A stretch of DNA of 64,000 nucleotides, taken from assembly GCA_013285405.1 (NCBI GenBank), contig CP053446.1, forward strand, positions 655,985 through 719,984. The letters are read 5' to 3'. Both the position numbers and the translations under genes were made by a program. The notes under the pieces were generated by a model. The model saw only the letters and a list, made by a program, of their open reading frames with translations. It searched no databases and was not told the DNA's origin. This document shows positions 9,142 to 17,776 of the stretch, in pieces; the stretch's first letter is position 1, and the number at the start of each line of letters is the position of its first letter. This DNA comes from Ignavibacteriota bacterium. GTDB taxonomy: Bacteria; Bacteroidota; Ignavibacteria; Ignavibacteriales; Ignavibacteriaceae.

Positions 9142-9447
9142 ATGGCACAAAAAGAAGAAATACTTGAAATTCTGAAAGGAGTTATCGATCCTGAAATCGG
9201 AATTAATATCGTTGATCTCGGTTTGGTTTATGAAATTGAATCGACAGATGAAACAAACAAAATAACAATGACGCTTACTACTCCGGGATGTCCGATGCAT
9301 AACACTATTACTACCTGGGTGGAAAATGTAATCAGTCAATTTGAACCAAAGAAAAAAGTAATTGTTGATCTCGTCTGGGAACCGCGCTGGACACCCGATA
9401 AAATGAGTAAAGAAGCAAAACAAGAATTATATCAAAGGAATTTTTAA
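9142..9447 (+). CDS. DUF59 (SufT/PaaD-like) protein, second copy
   Basis: IDPEIGINIVDLGLVY ... LTTPGCPMH. Confidence 0.8.
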   Translation: MAQKEEILEILKGVIDPEIGINIVDLGLVYEIESTDETNKITMTLTTPGCPMHNTITTWVENVISQFEPKKKVIVDLVWEPRWTPDKMSKEAKQELYQRNF

Positions 9448-9903
9448 GTGTTTACAACAGTAAGATATTTCGTAAAAACAAGCATCATTTTTCTTGTGCT
9501 GGGAATTTTAACAGGCGTATTCATGTCGTATTCAAAATATATTGTTGAAAGTGGTTACACTCAGGAATTAATTTCTGCGCACACACATATTATTCTTGTT
9601 GGCTCTGTAATGATGATGATAATGGGAGTTGCGCTTTGGTTTTTTCCGCGTGCCGAGAAAGATGATAAAAAATACAATCCTGATTTAATATTAATTGTTT
9701 ACTGGCTGATGGCTGGTTCAACTTTTGCGAGATTCATTTTCCAGGTTGCAGCTTCATTTACTTATATAAACTGGCTGAATACCTCAATTTTTATTTTTTC
9801 TTCTTTACAGGTTGTAGCAATGATTTTGTTTTTCTACTCAATGTGGGGTAGGATCAGAGGTGTAGGAAGTCAGTATCGTGAAGCAAAAGGAGAAAAGTTT
9901 TGA
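9448..9903 (+). CDS. Small 4-TM membrane protein with an HCO helix-X-like motif
   Basis: GTG start directly after the DUF59 stop. Motif SAHTHIILVGSVMMMIMGVALWFFPR. Confidence 0.45.
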   Translation: MFTTVRYFVKTSIIFLVLGILTGVFMSYSKYIVESGYTQELISAHTHIILVGSVMMMIMGVALWFFPRAEKDDKKYNPDLILIVYWLMAGSTFARFIFQVAASFTYINWLNTSIFIFSSLQVVAMILFFYSMWGRIRGVGSQYREAKGEKF

Positions 9904-10151
9904 TACAAATGATAATTAGTGATGATTGTATTAATTGCTATGCCTGTGCTGTTGAATGTCCAACGTCAGCAATATTCGAACCGGCAGAGAAACGAATAAT
10001 TAACGGAGAAATAATTGAACCTCTTTCATATGAACATTTTTTTATTGCTGAAGAAATATGTGACCATTGTTCCGGTTTAAATGAAATCAGATGCATTGCA
10101 GTCTGCCCGATGGATGCAATAAAAACTGTCGAAGAAATTTGGGTTTATTAA
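9900..10151 (+). CDS. 4Fe-4S dicluster ferredoxin
   Basis: CINCYACAVECP and CDHC...CIAVCP motifs. TTG at 9900 lies 7 nt after AGGAG; the ATG at 9909 is an alternative start. Confidence 0.8.
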   Translation: MIQMIISDDCINCYACAVECPTSAIFEPAEKRIINGEIIEPLSYEHFFIAEEICDHCSGLNEIRCIAVCPMDAIKTVEEIWVY

Positions 10152-10156
10152 TCAAG

Positions 10157-10366
10157 ATGAATAATGATAGTAAAAAATATATTGAAGATTTTCTCGATGA
10201 ATTTATGCAGATTGAATATCATGGCAGAGATCATATTGTAGCACGAGCTCATTATAGGGATGTATTTAATCAACTTCTTCCAAAATATATTCATCCTGAA
10301 AATGAGACGAAGAAAAACATTCTTCAGAAATCAGAAAAAATTAAAACTGTAAATACTGATGAATAG
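10157..10366 (+). CDS. Hypothetical small protein (69 aa)
   Basis: ATG at 10157 just after the ferredoxin stop. The longer track ORF from 10091 overlaps the ferredoxin gene. Confidence 0.35.
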   Translation: MNNDSKKYIEDFLDEFMQIEYHGRDHIVARAHYRDVFNQLLPKYIHPENETKKNILQKSEKIKTVNTDE

Positions 10367-10446
10367 ATCCAAGCGAGACAAACGATTTGTTTAAGCAAAG
10401 AAAACCGTAAACCGATTAATTATTAGAAAATTACAAGGAGACTAAA

Positions 10447-10755
10447 ATGAATACAACAATAAGCGAAACAAAAACTCCAAATCTTAAAGTTTCTAAAAAA
10501 GGAAACACATTTAAAATATTGGAAGTTACTGCTGAAACTGATGCGCTTATGCCGCCGCATTTAAGTACAAATGAAGCGGTTGTGATTGTTCAGGAAGGTG
10601 ATGCAGTTTTGGAAATTAATGGAACAACAAATCACTTAACTCAAAATGATGTATTTGTAGTTCCTGCTGCTACTGCACATACTCTTTCAATCAAAAGTAA
10701 ATTTAAAGCAGTTGTAATTATGGAACTTGATTCTCAAATAGAATTTGTTAACTGA
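10447..10755 (+). CDS. Cupin domain protein
   Basis: 102 aa single beta-barrel pattern (PPHLSTNEAVVIVQEGDAVLEING...VFVVPAATAHTL). AGGAG RBS. Confidence 0.65.
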   Translation: MNTTISETKTPNLKVSKKGNTFKILEVTAETDALMPPHLSTNEAVVIVQEGDAVLEINGTTNHLTQNDVFVVPAATAHTLSIKSKFKAVVIMELDSQIEFVN

Positions 10756-10760
10756 AATAA

Positions 10761-11576
10761 ATGCAGAACAACATTAATTTAATTTTAGAAAGATATGAAA
10801 TGGAGATTAATGATTTTGACAAAGCACAGGGACATTGGATTTTAGCTCGAATGGGTAAGCGAGTTTTAAGACCAGGAGGAAGAGAACTTACACTTAAATT
10901 GATAAAGTCATTAAATATTTCTTCTAAGGATGATATTGTGGAGTTTGCACCTGGAATGGGATTTACTGCATCTTTGACATTGAAGAAAAATCCTAAGTCT
11001 TACACAGCAATTGATTCAGATGAAGATGTTGTAAAATTGATGAGAAAAAATTTTGCAGCAAACAATGTATCAGTTTTTCAAAGAAATGCAGCAGACACTA
11101 ACTTGCCGGATAATAGTGCTGACAAAATATATGGGGAGGCTATGTTAACAATGCATGCAGATCACCGTAAAACTGAGATTGTTCGTGAAGCGCATCGTAT
11201 TTTAAAAAAAGGAGGCTTGTATGCAATACACGAATTGGGATTGACTCCCGATGATTTAGGTGAAGAATCTAAAGCAAAAATTCAAAATGAATTTGCATTA
11301 ACTATCAAAGTTAACGCACGACCGCTTACTGAATATGAATGGAAAGAATTACTTGAAAAAGAAGGATTTAAGATTAAGGAATTCTTTTTGAACCCAATGA
11401 AGTTATTAGAAGTTAAGAGAATAATAAATGATGAAGGGTTATTAAGATCATTAAAAATTGGTTATAATGTTTTGACAACCGCTAAAGCAAGGAAACGAAT
11501 CTTTGCAATGCGTGATGTGTTTCGTAAATATCAATCGCACATAAACGCAATAGCAATTGTGGCGGAAAAATTATAA
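10761..11576 (+). CDS. Class I SAM-dependent methyltransferase
   Basis: Motif I-like VEFAPGMGFTA, and VLRPGGR / LKKGGLYAIHE typical of the type-11 fold. Confidence 0.75.
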   Translation: MQNNINLILERYEMEINDFDKAQGHWILARMGKRVLRPGGRELTLKLIKSLNISSKDDIVEFAPGMGFTASLTLKKNPKSYTAIDSDEDVVKLMRKNFAANNVSVFQRNAADTNLPDNSADKIYGEAMLTMHADHRKTEIVREAHRILKKGGLYAIHELGLTPDDLGEESKAKIQNEFALTIKVNARPLTEYEWKELLEKEGFKIKEFFLNPMKLLEVKRIINDEGLLRSLKIGYNVLTTAKARKRIFAMRDVFRKYQSHINAIAIVAEKL

Positions 11577-11620
11577 AAGAAGAATAATAAATTTTATTAA
11601 ATAAATATGAAGGAACTATC

Positions 11621-12346
11621 ATGAATAATTTCAATAATAAAACTATTGGTGAAATTGTTGCAGAAAATACCAGTGCTGCTAAAATATTTGAGTCTTATAA
11701 TATCGATTTCTGTTGTAACGGTAACAAGAAATTTGATGCGGTAATTAATGAAAAAAAACTTGATCCTCAGAAAATTATTGATGAGCTATCTGTTCTGCAA
11801 AAAGATAAAAACAACCATTCAATGGATTTCAAATCATGGCCACTCGATTTGTTGGCAGATTATGTAGAGAAAAAACATCATCGTTATGTGGAAGAAAAAA
11901 TCCAGGAAATAAAACCGTATCTTGAAAAAATTACACAGGTTCATGGAAGTAATCATCCTGAACTATCCCAAATAAATGAGCAGTTCAATCAGTCCGCAGG
12001 TGAACTGGCAATGCATATGAAAAAAGAAGAATTAATTTTATTTCCTTACATCCGGAAAATGGCTGCCGCAAATCAAAAAAATGAGAAAGTAAATCTGCCG
12101 CAATTTGGAACTGTGGAAAATCCTATTAAAGCAATGATGAGTGAACACGATACCGAAGGTGAACGTTTTAAAAAGATTTCTGAATTATCAAATAATTATA
12201 CAACACCAGATGATGGCTGCAATACTTATCGCCTGACTTATGCAATGCTCAAAGAATTTCAGCAAGATTTACATATACATATTCATCTGGAAAATAATAT
12301 ACTTTTCCCGGCTTCTCTTGAACTTGAAAAACAAATGAAAGCATAA
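11621..12346 (+). CDS. ric: Iron-sulfur cluster repair di-iron protein (RIC; ScdA/YtfE family)
   Basis: ScdA_N motif IDFCCNG followed by hemerythrin-like His/Glu motifs (KKHH.YVEE, HMKKEE..LFP, SEHD, HIHLENNILFP). Confidence 0.85.
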   Translation: MNNFNNKTIGEIVAENTSAAKIFESYNIDFCCNGNKKFDAVINEKKLDPQKIIDELSVLQKDKNNHSMDFKSWPLDLLADYVEKKHHRYVEEKIQEIKPYLEKITQVHGSNHPELSQINEQFNQSAGELAMHMKKEELILFPYIRKMAAANQKNEKVNLPQFGTVENPIKAMMSEHDTEGERFKKISELSNNYTTPDDGCNTYRLTYAMLKEFQQDLHIHIHLENNILFPASLELEKQMKA

Positions 12347-12352
12347 AAGACA

Positions 12353-13768
12353 ATGGCTGTTGAAAGACAAATAGTTCCGGTTAAAACAAAAATTGATGAA
12401 TTGATTGATGAAGACAGTCGGTTAACAAAACTGATTTATTCTTATCTGGTTTCAGCAACGTTTTGGCTGATCTTCGGAACTTTGGTCGGATTATATCTGG
12501 CATTCCGATTTATTTATCCGGACCTGGGTGTTGCTTCATGGCTTTCTTTCGGCAGATTGAGACCGATTCATACGAACGTTGTTTTTTGGGGATGGACATC
12601 TCTTTCGATGATAGCTCTTGCGTTGTATGTCGTACCACGTACAAGTCAAAGACCTCTGTTCAGTATCACACTTGCCAGACGTGCACTTTATGTCATAAAC
12701 GTTTCGTTAATAATTGGTGTTACTTATTTGTTTCTTGGTTACAATAACGGTGGTCAGGAATATCGTGAATTTATTTGGCCTGCGATGATGTTATTTGCGT
12801 TAGGAGTGATTTCACACGCTTTAAATTTTTATAAAACAATTGCTCTTCGAAATACAAATGAAATTTACATTTCAAACTGGTATATACTTGCTGCGTTTTT
12901 ATGGACAACCGTTGTAGTTGTAATAGCATACATACCATGGTATCAGAATGGATTGGGTGAAACGATTATTCAAGGATTTTACATGCACATGGGTGTTGGT
13001 ATGTGGTTCACTCCTCTTGTTTTGGGATTAACATATTATTTCCTTCCAATGCTTCTTAACAAACCGATTTACTCCTATTCACTTGGAGTGTTGGCTTTCT
13101 GGACACAGATGGTATTCTATTCTTTAATTGGTGCGCATCATTTTGTATTCAGTCCCGTACCATGGTGGCTTCAAACTGTCGCAATAGTTTTTAGTTTCGG
13201 TATGATCATTACACTTGCTGCCGGTACCGGAAATTTTCTATTGACAATGAAAGGAAGTTTCGGTCGATTGACAAGAAGCTATTCTTTACCATTTATTCTG
13301 GTTGGTGTGATTTTTTATTTTCTCGCATCGGCACAAGGCTCATTTGAAGCGTTGCGTAGTCTTAATGCTCTCTGGCATTTTACAAATTACACTATTGCAC
13401 ATTCACATTTTACAATGTATGGATTTGTAGTATTTCTAATTTGGGGCGGTATCTACGCTTTATTACCTCGATTGACGGGAAGAGAGCCTTCGCATCTATT
13501 AATCGGAATACATTTCTGGTTCGCATTTCTTGGACTGATGATTTATGTAATTGCTCTTTCCATTGGCGGAACACATCAGGGTGAAAGCTGGATCGCACAA
13601 TTACCGTTTATTAATTCAGTTGAACTTATGGTGCCGTTCTGGATATGGAGATCAATTGGCGGAACATTTATGTTTCTTTCGCATATCATCTTTGCTTATA
13701 ACTTGTATAAAATGAAACCACAGACAGCAGAAAAACCAGCCGTCGAATTAGCAGGTGAACAGATATGA
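12353..13768 (+). CDS. ccoN: cbb3-type (C-family) heme-copper oxidase subunit I
   Basis: FGRLRPIHTNVVFW (helix 2 His), YMHMGVGMWF (helix 6 His), Y-x5-HH in FYSLIGAHHFVF, and HSH in IAHSHFTMYGFVVFLIWGGIYALLPRL. Confidence 0.85.
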   Translation: MAVERQIVPVKTKIDELIDEDSRLTKLIYSYLVSATFWLIFGTLVGLYLAFRFIYPDLGVASWLSFGRLRPIHTNVVFWGWTSLSMIALALYVVPRTSQRPLFSITLARRALYVINVSLIIGVTYLFLGYNNGGQEYREFIWPAMMLFALGVISHALNFYKTIALRNTNEIYISNWYILAAFLWTTVVVVIAYIPWYQNGLGETIIQGFYMHMGVGMWFTPLVLGLTYYFLPMLLNKPIYSYSLGVLAFWTQMVFYSLIGAHHFVFSPVPWWLQTVAIVFSFGMIITLAAGTGNFLLTMKGSFGRLTRSYSLPFILVGVIFYFLASAQGSFEALRSLNALWHFTNYTIAHSHFTMYGFVVFLIWGGIYALLPRLTGREPSHLLIGIHFWFAFLGLMIYVIALSIGGTHQGESWIAQLPFINSVELMVPFWIWRSIGGTFMFLSHIIFAYNLYKMKPQTAEKPAVELAGEQI

Positions 13769-14739
13769 AGTTGAATTTTAGTGAAAATCATAAATTACTC
13801 TTCAGCATTGTTTTCTTTGGATTTATTGTACTATCACTGGTGATCGCAGTTATTCCTGCAATCCAGGTTAATGCAGCAGATCCGATGTGTGGTGTCAATA
13901 CTCTTACTCCTTCAGAGTTCAGAGGATTAACTACTTATGTTTCAGAAGGATGTTTGTACTGCCACACTCAGCAAGTAAGACCACTTAAGCTTGATAAAGT
14001 TTATGGAAGACCATCTTCACCGCTGGATTATTCTTACTTAGTTCCGCTTGATGAAATACGAATGACACCTTCAGTTTTAGGAAGTGAACGAACAGGACCT
14101 GATTTGAGTAATATTGGAAATCGTCAGCCGAGTGAAATCTGGCAGCATATGCATTTGTATAATCCAAGATCAGTTGTAAAGTCTTCAATAATGCAGGCAT
14201 TTCCATGGCTGTACGAAGTGAAAGAAAATCCTACACCGGATGATTTAGTTGTCCCTGTACCTGAAGAATATGCACCAAAAAATGGAAAGGTTGTCGCAAC
14301 ACAAAAAGCAAAAGACCTGGTTGCGTATTTATTATTCCTTAAACAAAAGCCGATGGAAGGATCCACATTATTTGAAGGAGATGCTGAAAACACTTCAACA
14401 AATCTAAGTACATCCGGTGCTCAACTATATAATTCGGATTGCGCCAGTTGTCATCAGCAAAATGGAGAAGGAATAAAAGGAATCTTTCCGCCGTTGAAAG
14501 AATCTGAAACGGTTAATTCAGACAATCCGGAAAAGCAAATAAGAACGATACTTTTTGGTGCTAAAGGAAGAGTTATTAATGGAATTGTTTATCCATCCGA
14601 AATGCCAGCTCATAAAGATAAGTTCAATGATGATCAAATTGCTGCTATAATTAATTATGAAAGAACTAGTTGGGGAAACAATGGAGTAAAAGTAAGCAGC
14701 GATGATGTTAAGAAAATCAGAAACCAGGAGAACAAATGA
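13765..14739 (+). CDS. ccoO: CcoO-like monoheme subunit fused to an extra C-terminal cytochrome c domain
   Basis: N-terminal TM plus CLYCHTQQVRP (FixO/CcoO-type). Second heme site CASCHQQNGEG ... MPAH in the C-terminal 110 aa. ATGA overlap with ccoN. Confidence 0.75.
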   Translation: MKLNFSENHKLLFSIVFFGFIVLSLVIAVIPAIQVNAADPMCGVNTLTPSEFRGLTTYVSEGCLYCHTQQVRPLKLDKVYGRPSSPLDYSYLVPLDEIRMTPSVLGSERTGPDLSNIGNRQPSEIWQHMHLYNPRSVVKSSIMQAFPWLYEVKENPTPDDLVVPVPEEYAPKNGKVVATQKAKDLVAYLLFLKQKPMEGSTLFEGDAENTSTNLSTSGAQLYNSDCASCHQQNGEGIKGIFPPLKESETVNSDNPEKQIRTILFGAKGRVINGIVYPSEMPAHKDKFNDDQIAAIINYERTSWGNNGVKVSSDDVKKIRNQENK

Positions 14740-14984
14740 TATTGAAATTATTTGCCGGCATTTATTTATTGATAACATTAATTCTTCAACACCAGAATAT
14801 GGAAGTGGTTGATAAAAATATCTGGTTTTATCTTGTTTACATTATTTCAGGTTTGATTGTATTACTTGTTTTAATTTTTACAATAAAATATTTAATTAAC
14901 CCGGGCGAAAAATCTGAAGATCATATTAAGCGAATCATATTGCTTGATCAGAAAAAAAATTATGGCAGACATAAAACAAAATAG
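14736..14984 (+). CDS. Small 2-TM membrane protein (possible CcoQ-like accessory subunit)
   Basis: 82 aa with two hydrophobic helices. ATGA overlap with the upstream gene. Called from position only. Confidence 0.35.
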   Translation: MILKLFAGIYLLITLILQHQNMEVVDKNIWFYLVYIISGLIVLLVLIFTIKYLINPGEKSEDHIKRIILLDQKKNYGRHKTK

Positions 14985-15774
14985 AATTGAAATTTTTCTT
15001 GATGAGAATAAAGAATCAATTGCTTCGTATGTACCTCCTGCAAAATTCGACCTTGATACTTCCGAATTGGAAGACGGTGAGCATACTCTCATTATAGTTG
15101 CCTATGGTGATGATGAAAAAAGATCAATAAGGAAAATTAAATTTTTCGTGCGCAATGGTCCCGGAATTGCAATACAGGGACTGAGAGAAAATGATGTTGT
15201 AGAAGGAAAAATTTCATTACTTGTCAATGCTTACGGAGGTTCAACTGCCGAAAAATGGGAACCAACAACAGCAGAAACCCCTGCAGCAATTCCAAGCTGG
15301 ATCTGGATAATGTTTATTCTTATTACAGCCTGGGCTATTTTTTATTTCATTAACGAATGGAAACCAACTGAGGAATTTGCAAATACGCCAACTTACAAAA
15401 ATTTACAAATGCCCGTTGAAAAGAAAGTAGTAGTGAATGAAACAGCAACAAATGGAGCTGATTTGTATCGCAAAAGTTGTTCAAGCTGTCACCAGGAAAA
15501 CGGACAAGGACTAACAAATGTTTTTCCTCCGCTTATGAGTGACGATGTAATTAATTCAGATAAAACTGATCAGCATATAAAAATTGTTTTATTCGGATTG
15601 GAAGGAAAAGTAATTAATGGAGTTAAATATGCAACTCCAATGCCATCATGGGAAAGTCAATTATCTGATGAAGAAATTGCTGCGGTAATTAATCACGAAC
15701 GATCAAGCTGGGGGAACAAAGGTAAATTAGTTTCACCTGAAGAAGTTAGTAAAATCAGAGCAGGTGGAAAGTAA
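14962..15774 (+). CDS. Membrane-anchored monoheme cytochrome c with an N-terminal Ig-like domain (CcoP-like module)
   Basis: CSSCHQENGQG ... MPSW. Its C-terminal domain is clearly paralogous to the C-terminal domain of the CcoO fusion. TM segment IPSWIWIMFILITAWAIFYF. ATG at 14962 preferred over TTG at 14944. Confidence 0.6.
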   Translation: MADIKQNRIEIFLDENKESIASYVPPAKFDLDTSELEDGEHTLIIVAYGDDEKRSIRKIKFFVRNGPGIAIQGLRENDVVEGKISLLVNAYGGSTAEKWEPTTAETPAAIPSWIWIMFILITAWAIFYFINEWKPTEEFANTPTYKNLQMPVEKKVVVNETATNGADLYRKSCSSCHQENGQGLTNVFPPLMSDDVINSDKTDQHIKIVLFGLEGKVINGVKYATPMPSWESQLSDEEIAAVINHERSSWGNKGKLVSPEEVSKIRAGGK

Positions 15775-15827
15775 TCAGCTAAATAATATTAGAATATTGA
15801 AATATTTATTTTGAAAGGAAAATTAAA

Positions 15828-16313
15828 ATGCGATTAAACTGGTATAAAATGTCACCGGAAGGTTACAAAGCAATGCTTGGCTTACAGAAAATTGTTGATG
15901 AAAGTAAAATAGATCACAGACTTTTAGAATTAATTAAAATAAGAGCATCACAGATTAATGGCTGTGCCCACTGTCTTGAGATGCATACAAAAGATTCTTT
16001 AGCTCTTGGCGAAAATGAACAAAGGATTTTTTTACTTTCTGCCTGGCGTGAAGCACCTCTCTACACAAAACGCGAAAGATCCGCACTCGCATGGTGCGAA
16101 GCGTTAACATACTTGCCCCAGTCCGGTGCACCGGATGAAGTTTACAATGAAGTTAAAAATCATTTTGATGATAAGGAACTTGTGGAACTAACAATGGCAA
16201 TTGTTGCAATTAATGCATGGAATAAGCTTGCGGTTGGTTTTAGATCCGAGGTTGGTAATTATGTTTCTAAGTTAACGAAGAAAAATGAATCTTCTAAAAA
16301 ATTAAATACTTAA
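15828..16313 (+). CDS. AhpD-like / carboxymuconolactone decarboxylase family protein
   Basis: CxxC motif in QINGCAHCLEMHTKD, typical of alkylhydroperoxidase AhpD-like proteins. Confidence 0.8.
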   Translation: MRLNWYKMSPEGYKAMLGLQKIVDESKIDHRLLELIKIRASQINGCAHCLEMHTKDSLALGENEQRIFLLSAWREAPLYTKRERSALAWCEALTYLPQSGAPDEVYNEVKNHFDDKELVELTMAIVAINAWNKLAVGFRSEVGNYVSKLTKKNESSKKLNT

Positions 16314-16328
16314 TAGGAGGAATAAACA

Positions 16329-17000
16329 ATGCAGGAATATAAAGTCAAAATAATTGAAATTAAACGTGTTACTCACGATGTAAGATCTTATAAATTTGAA
16401 AAACCAGCCGGGTTTAAATTCACTCCCGGACAAGCTGCTGATGTTTCTATAAACAAACCTGGTTTCGTTGATCTGAAAAGACCATTTACATTTACTTGTC
16501 TGAATGATTGGGATCATCTCGAATTCACAATTAAAAGTTACAATGACCATAATGGTGTTACTAAGGAAATCGGTAAGCTTGTAGTTGGTGATGAGTTAAT
16601 AATCAGTGAACCATGGGGAACAATTAGCTATAAGGGTGAGGGCACTTTTATAGCTGGCGGTGCTGGAGTTACACCATTCATTGCAATATTAAGAGATCTT
16701 GAAAAGAATAAACAAATCGGTAATAACAAATTACTTTTTGCAAATAAAACTGAATCAGATATAATTCTAAAAGACGAATTCGAGAAGATGCTCGGCAAAA
16801 ATTTTATAAACATTCTATCTGCTGAGAAATCTTCTAAGTACGCCTCCGGGATAATTACTAAAGATTTTCTTAAGCGAAATGTGGATGACTTGAGTAAAAA
16901 GTTTTATGTCTGCGGTCCGGATCCAATGATCGCAGCTATGGAAAAGATTTTAATTGATTTAGGTGTTAATAAAACTTTAATAGTAAAGGAGGAATTTTAA
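16329..17000 (+). CDS. Ferredoxin-NADP reductase-like FAD/NAD(P)-binding oxidoreductase
   Basis: RPFTFT (RxYS-type FAD motif), GGAGVTPF (NAD binding) and a C-terminal YVCGP motif. Confidence 0.75.
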   Translation: MQEYKVKIIEIKRVTHDVRSYKFEKPAGFKFTPGQAADVSINKPGFVDLKRPFTFTCLNDWDHLEFTIKSYNDHNGVTKEIGKLVVGDELIISEPWGTISYKGEGTFIAGGAGVTPFIAILRDLEKNKQIGNNKLLFANKTESDIILKDEFEKMLGKNFINILSAEKSSKYASGIITKDFLKRNVDDLSKKFYVCGPDPMIAAMEKILIDLGVNKTLIVKEEF

Positions 17001-17003
17001 ATT

Positions 17004-17225
17004 ATGAATGAAAAATTCAGATCTGAAAAAGAAATTAATACAAATATTATAAATACCATTTTAACTATACAGGAAAAGTATCCGGAACTTTCTGAGTATC
17101 TCGGAGAAATGCCTGTTACAATTCCAATCATCAAAAAGCCTGTGATAGATTTTCAGAACTTGAGTGCTTATTATGATTCACTTAACTCCATGCTGAATAG
17201 TTATGCACAGGCACATCAAAGGTAG
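17004..17225 (+). CDS. Hypothetical protein (73 aa)
   Basis: ORF tightly spaced after the reductase gene. No recognisable motif. Confidence 0.35.
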   Translation: MNEKFRSEKEINTNIINTILTIQEKYPELSEYLGEMPVTIPIIKKPVIDFQNLSAYYDSLNSMLNSYAQAHQR

Positions 17226-17234
17226 GTTACAAAA

Positions 17235-17588
17235 ATGAATATCAATATTAAAAGAATTTATGAAAAACCAGCGCGAACAGATGGGATGAGAGTTCTGGTT
17301 GACAGGCTCTGGCCAAGAGGTCTCACTAAATCTGAAGCAAAAGTTGATCTTTGGCTGAAAGATATCGCACCGAGCAATGAACTGAGAAAATGGTTTCATA
17401 CGCATACTGAAAAATGGAAATTGTTTGAAAAAAAATATGAGAAGGAGCTTGATAATTTACCGGAAGAATTTTCAGAACTAAAAAAACTTGTGAAAAAGAA
17501 TAAAAAAGTAACACTGCTTTTTGCAGCGAAGGATGAAGCTAATAATAACGCAGTTGTACTCAAAAAAATACTTAACGAAGAAAAATAA
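17235..17588 (+). CDS. DUF488 family protein
   Basis: MRVLVDRLWPRGLTKSEAKVDLWLKDIAPSNELRKWF is the characteristic DUF488 motif. Confidence 0.8.
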   Translation: MNINIKRIYEKPARTDGMRVLVDRLWPRGLTKSEAKVDLWLKDIAPSNELRKWFHTHTEKWKLFEKKYEKELDNLPEEFSELKKLVKKNKKVTLLFAAKDEANNNAVVLKKILNEEK

Positions 17589-17776
17589 CTACCTGAGCGT
17601 CTGATATAAGAAAGTTATTCGGTTCGGATAACAGGCATAGTTAAATGCAAACAAACTGAATAACACTTTGTTAAACATCTCATGGGGTTATCTGATATCT
17701 GTTTGAACAAAATTGTTTCAGGTTTTTTAGAAGTCTTTAAATAATAATTTATAAATAAATTTCAGAGGAGTTAAAA

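Noticed and set aside
10091-10156. The 5-prime extension of the 91-aa ORF overlapping the ferredoxin gene
   Set aside because: It overlaps a well-supported CDS in another frame. The ATG at 10157 just after the ferredoxin stop is the more plausible start.
12353-13768. The HCO subunit I in the NO-stress context might be a nitric oxide reductase
   Set aside because: It retains the C-family O2-reductase signature: helix-6 His, the cross-link Tyr six residues before the HH pair (FYSLIGAHH), and the HSH pair in helix X. It lacks the NorB-type HLWVEG glutamates, and its partner has the CcoO-type CLYCHTQQVRP motif. cbb3 oxidase is the supported call. Side NOR activity cannot be excluded from sequence.
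15785-15806. Three AATATT hexamers spaced 8 bp apart upstream of the AhpD-like gene
   Set aside because: In an AT-rich intergenic region this low-complexity pattern cannot be told apart from chance or from ordinary -10-like sequence.
17589-17776. Possible riboswitch or terminator in the 188-bp region upstream of the His-tailed secreted protein gene
   Set aside because: Only weak AT-rich stems and short direct repeats (CTGATAT) are visible, and there is no match to any riboswitch architecture I can recognise by eye.
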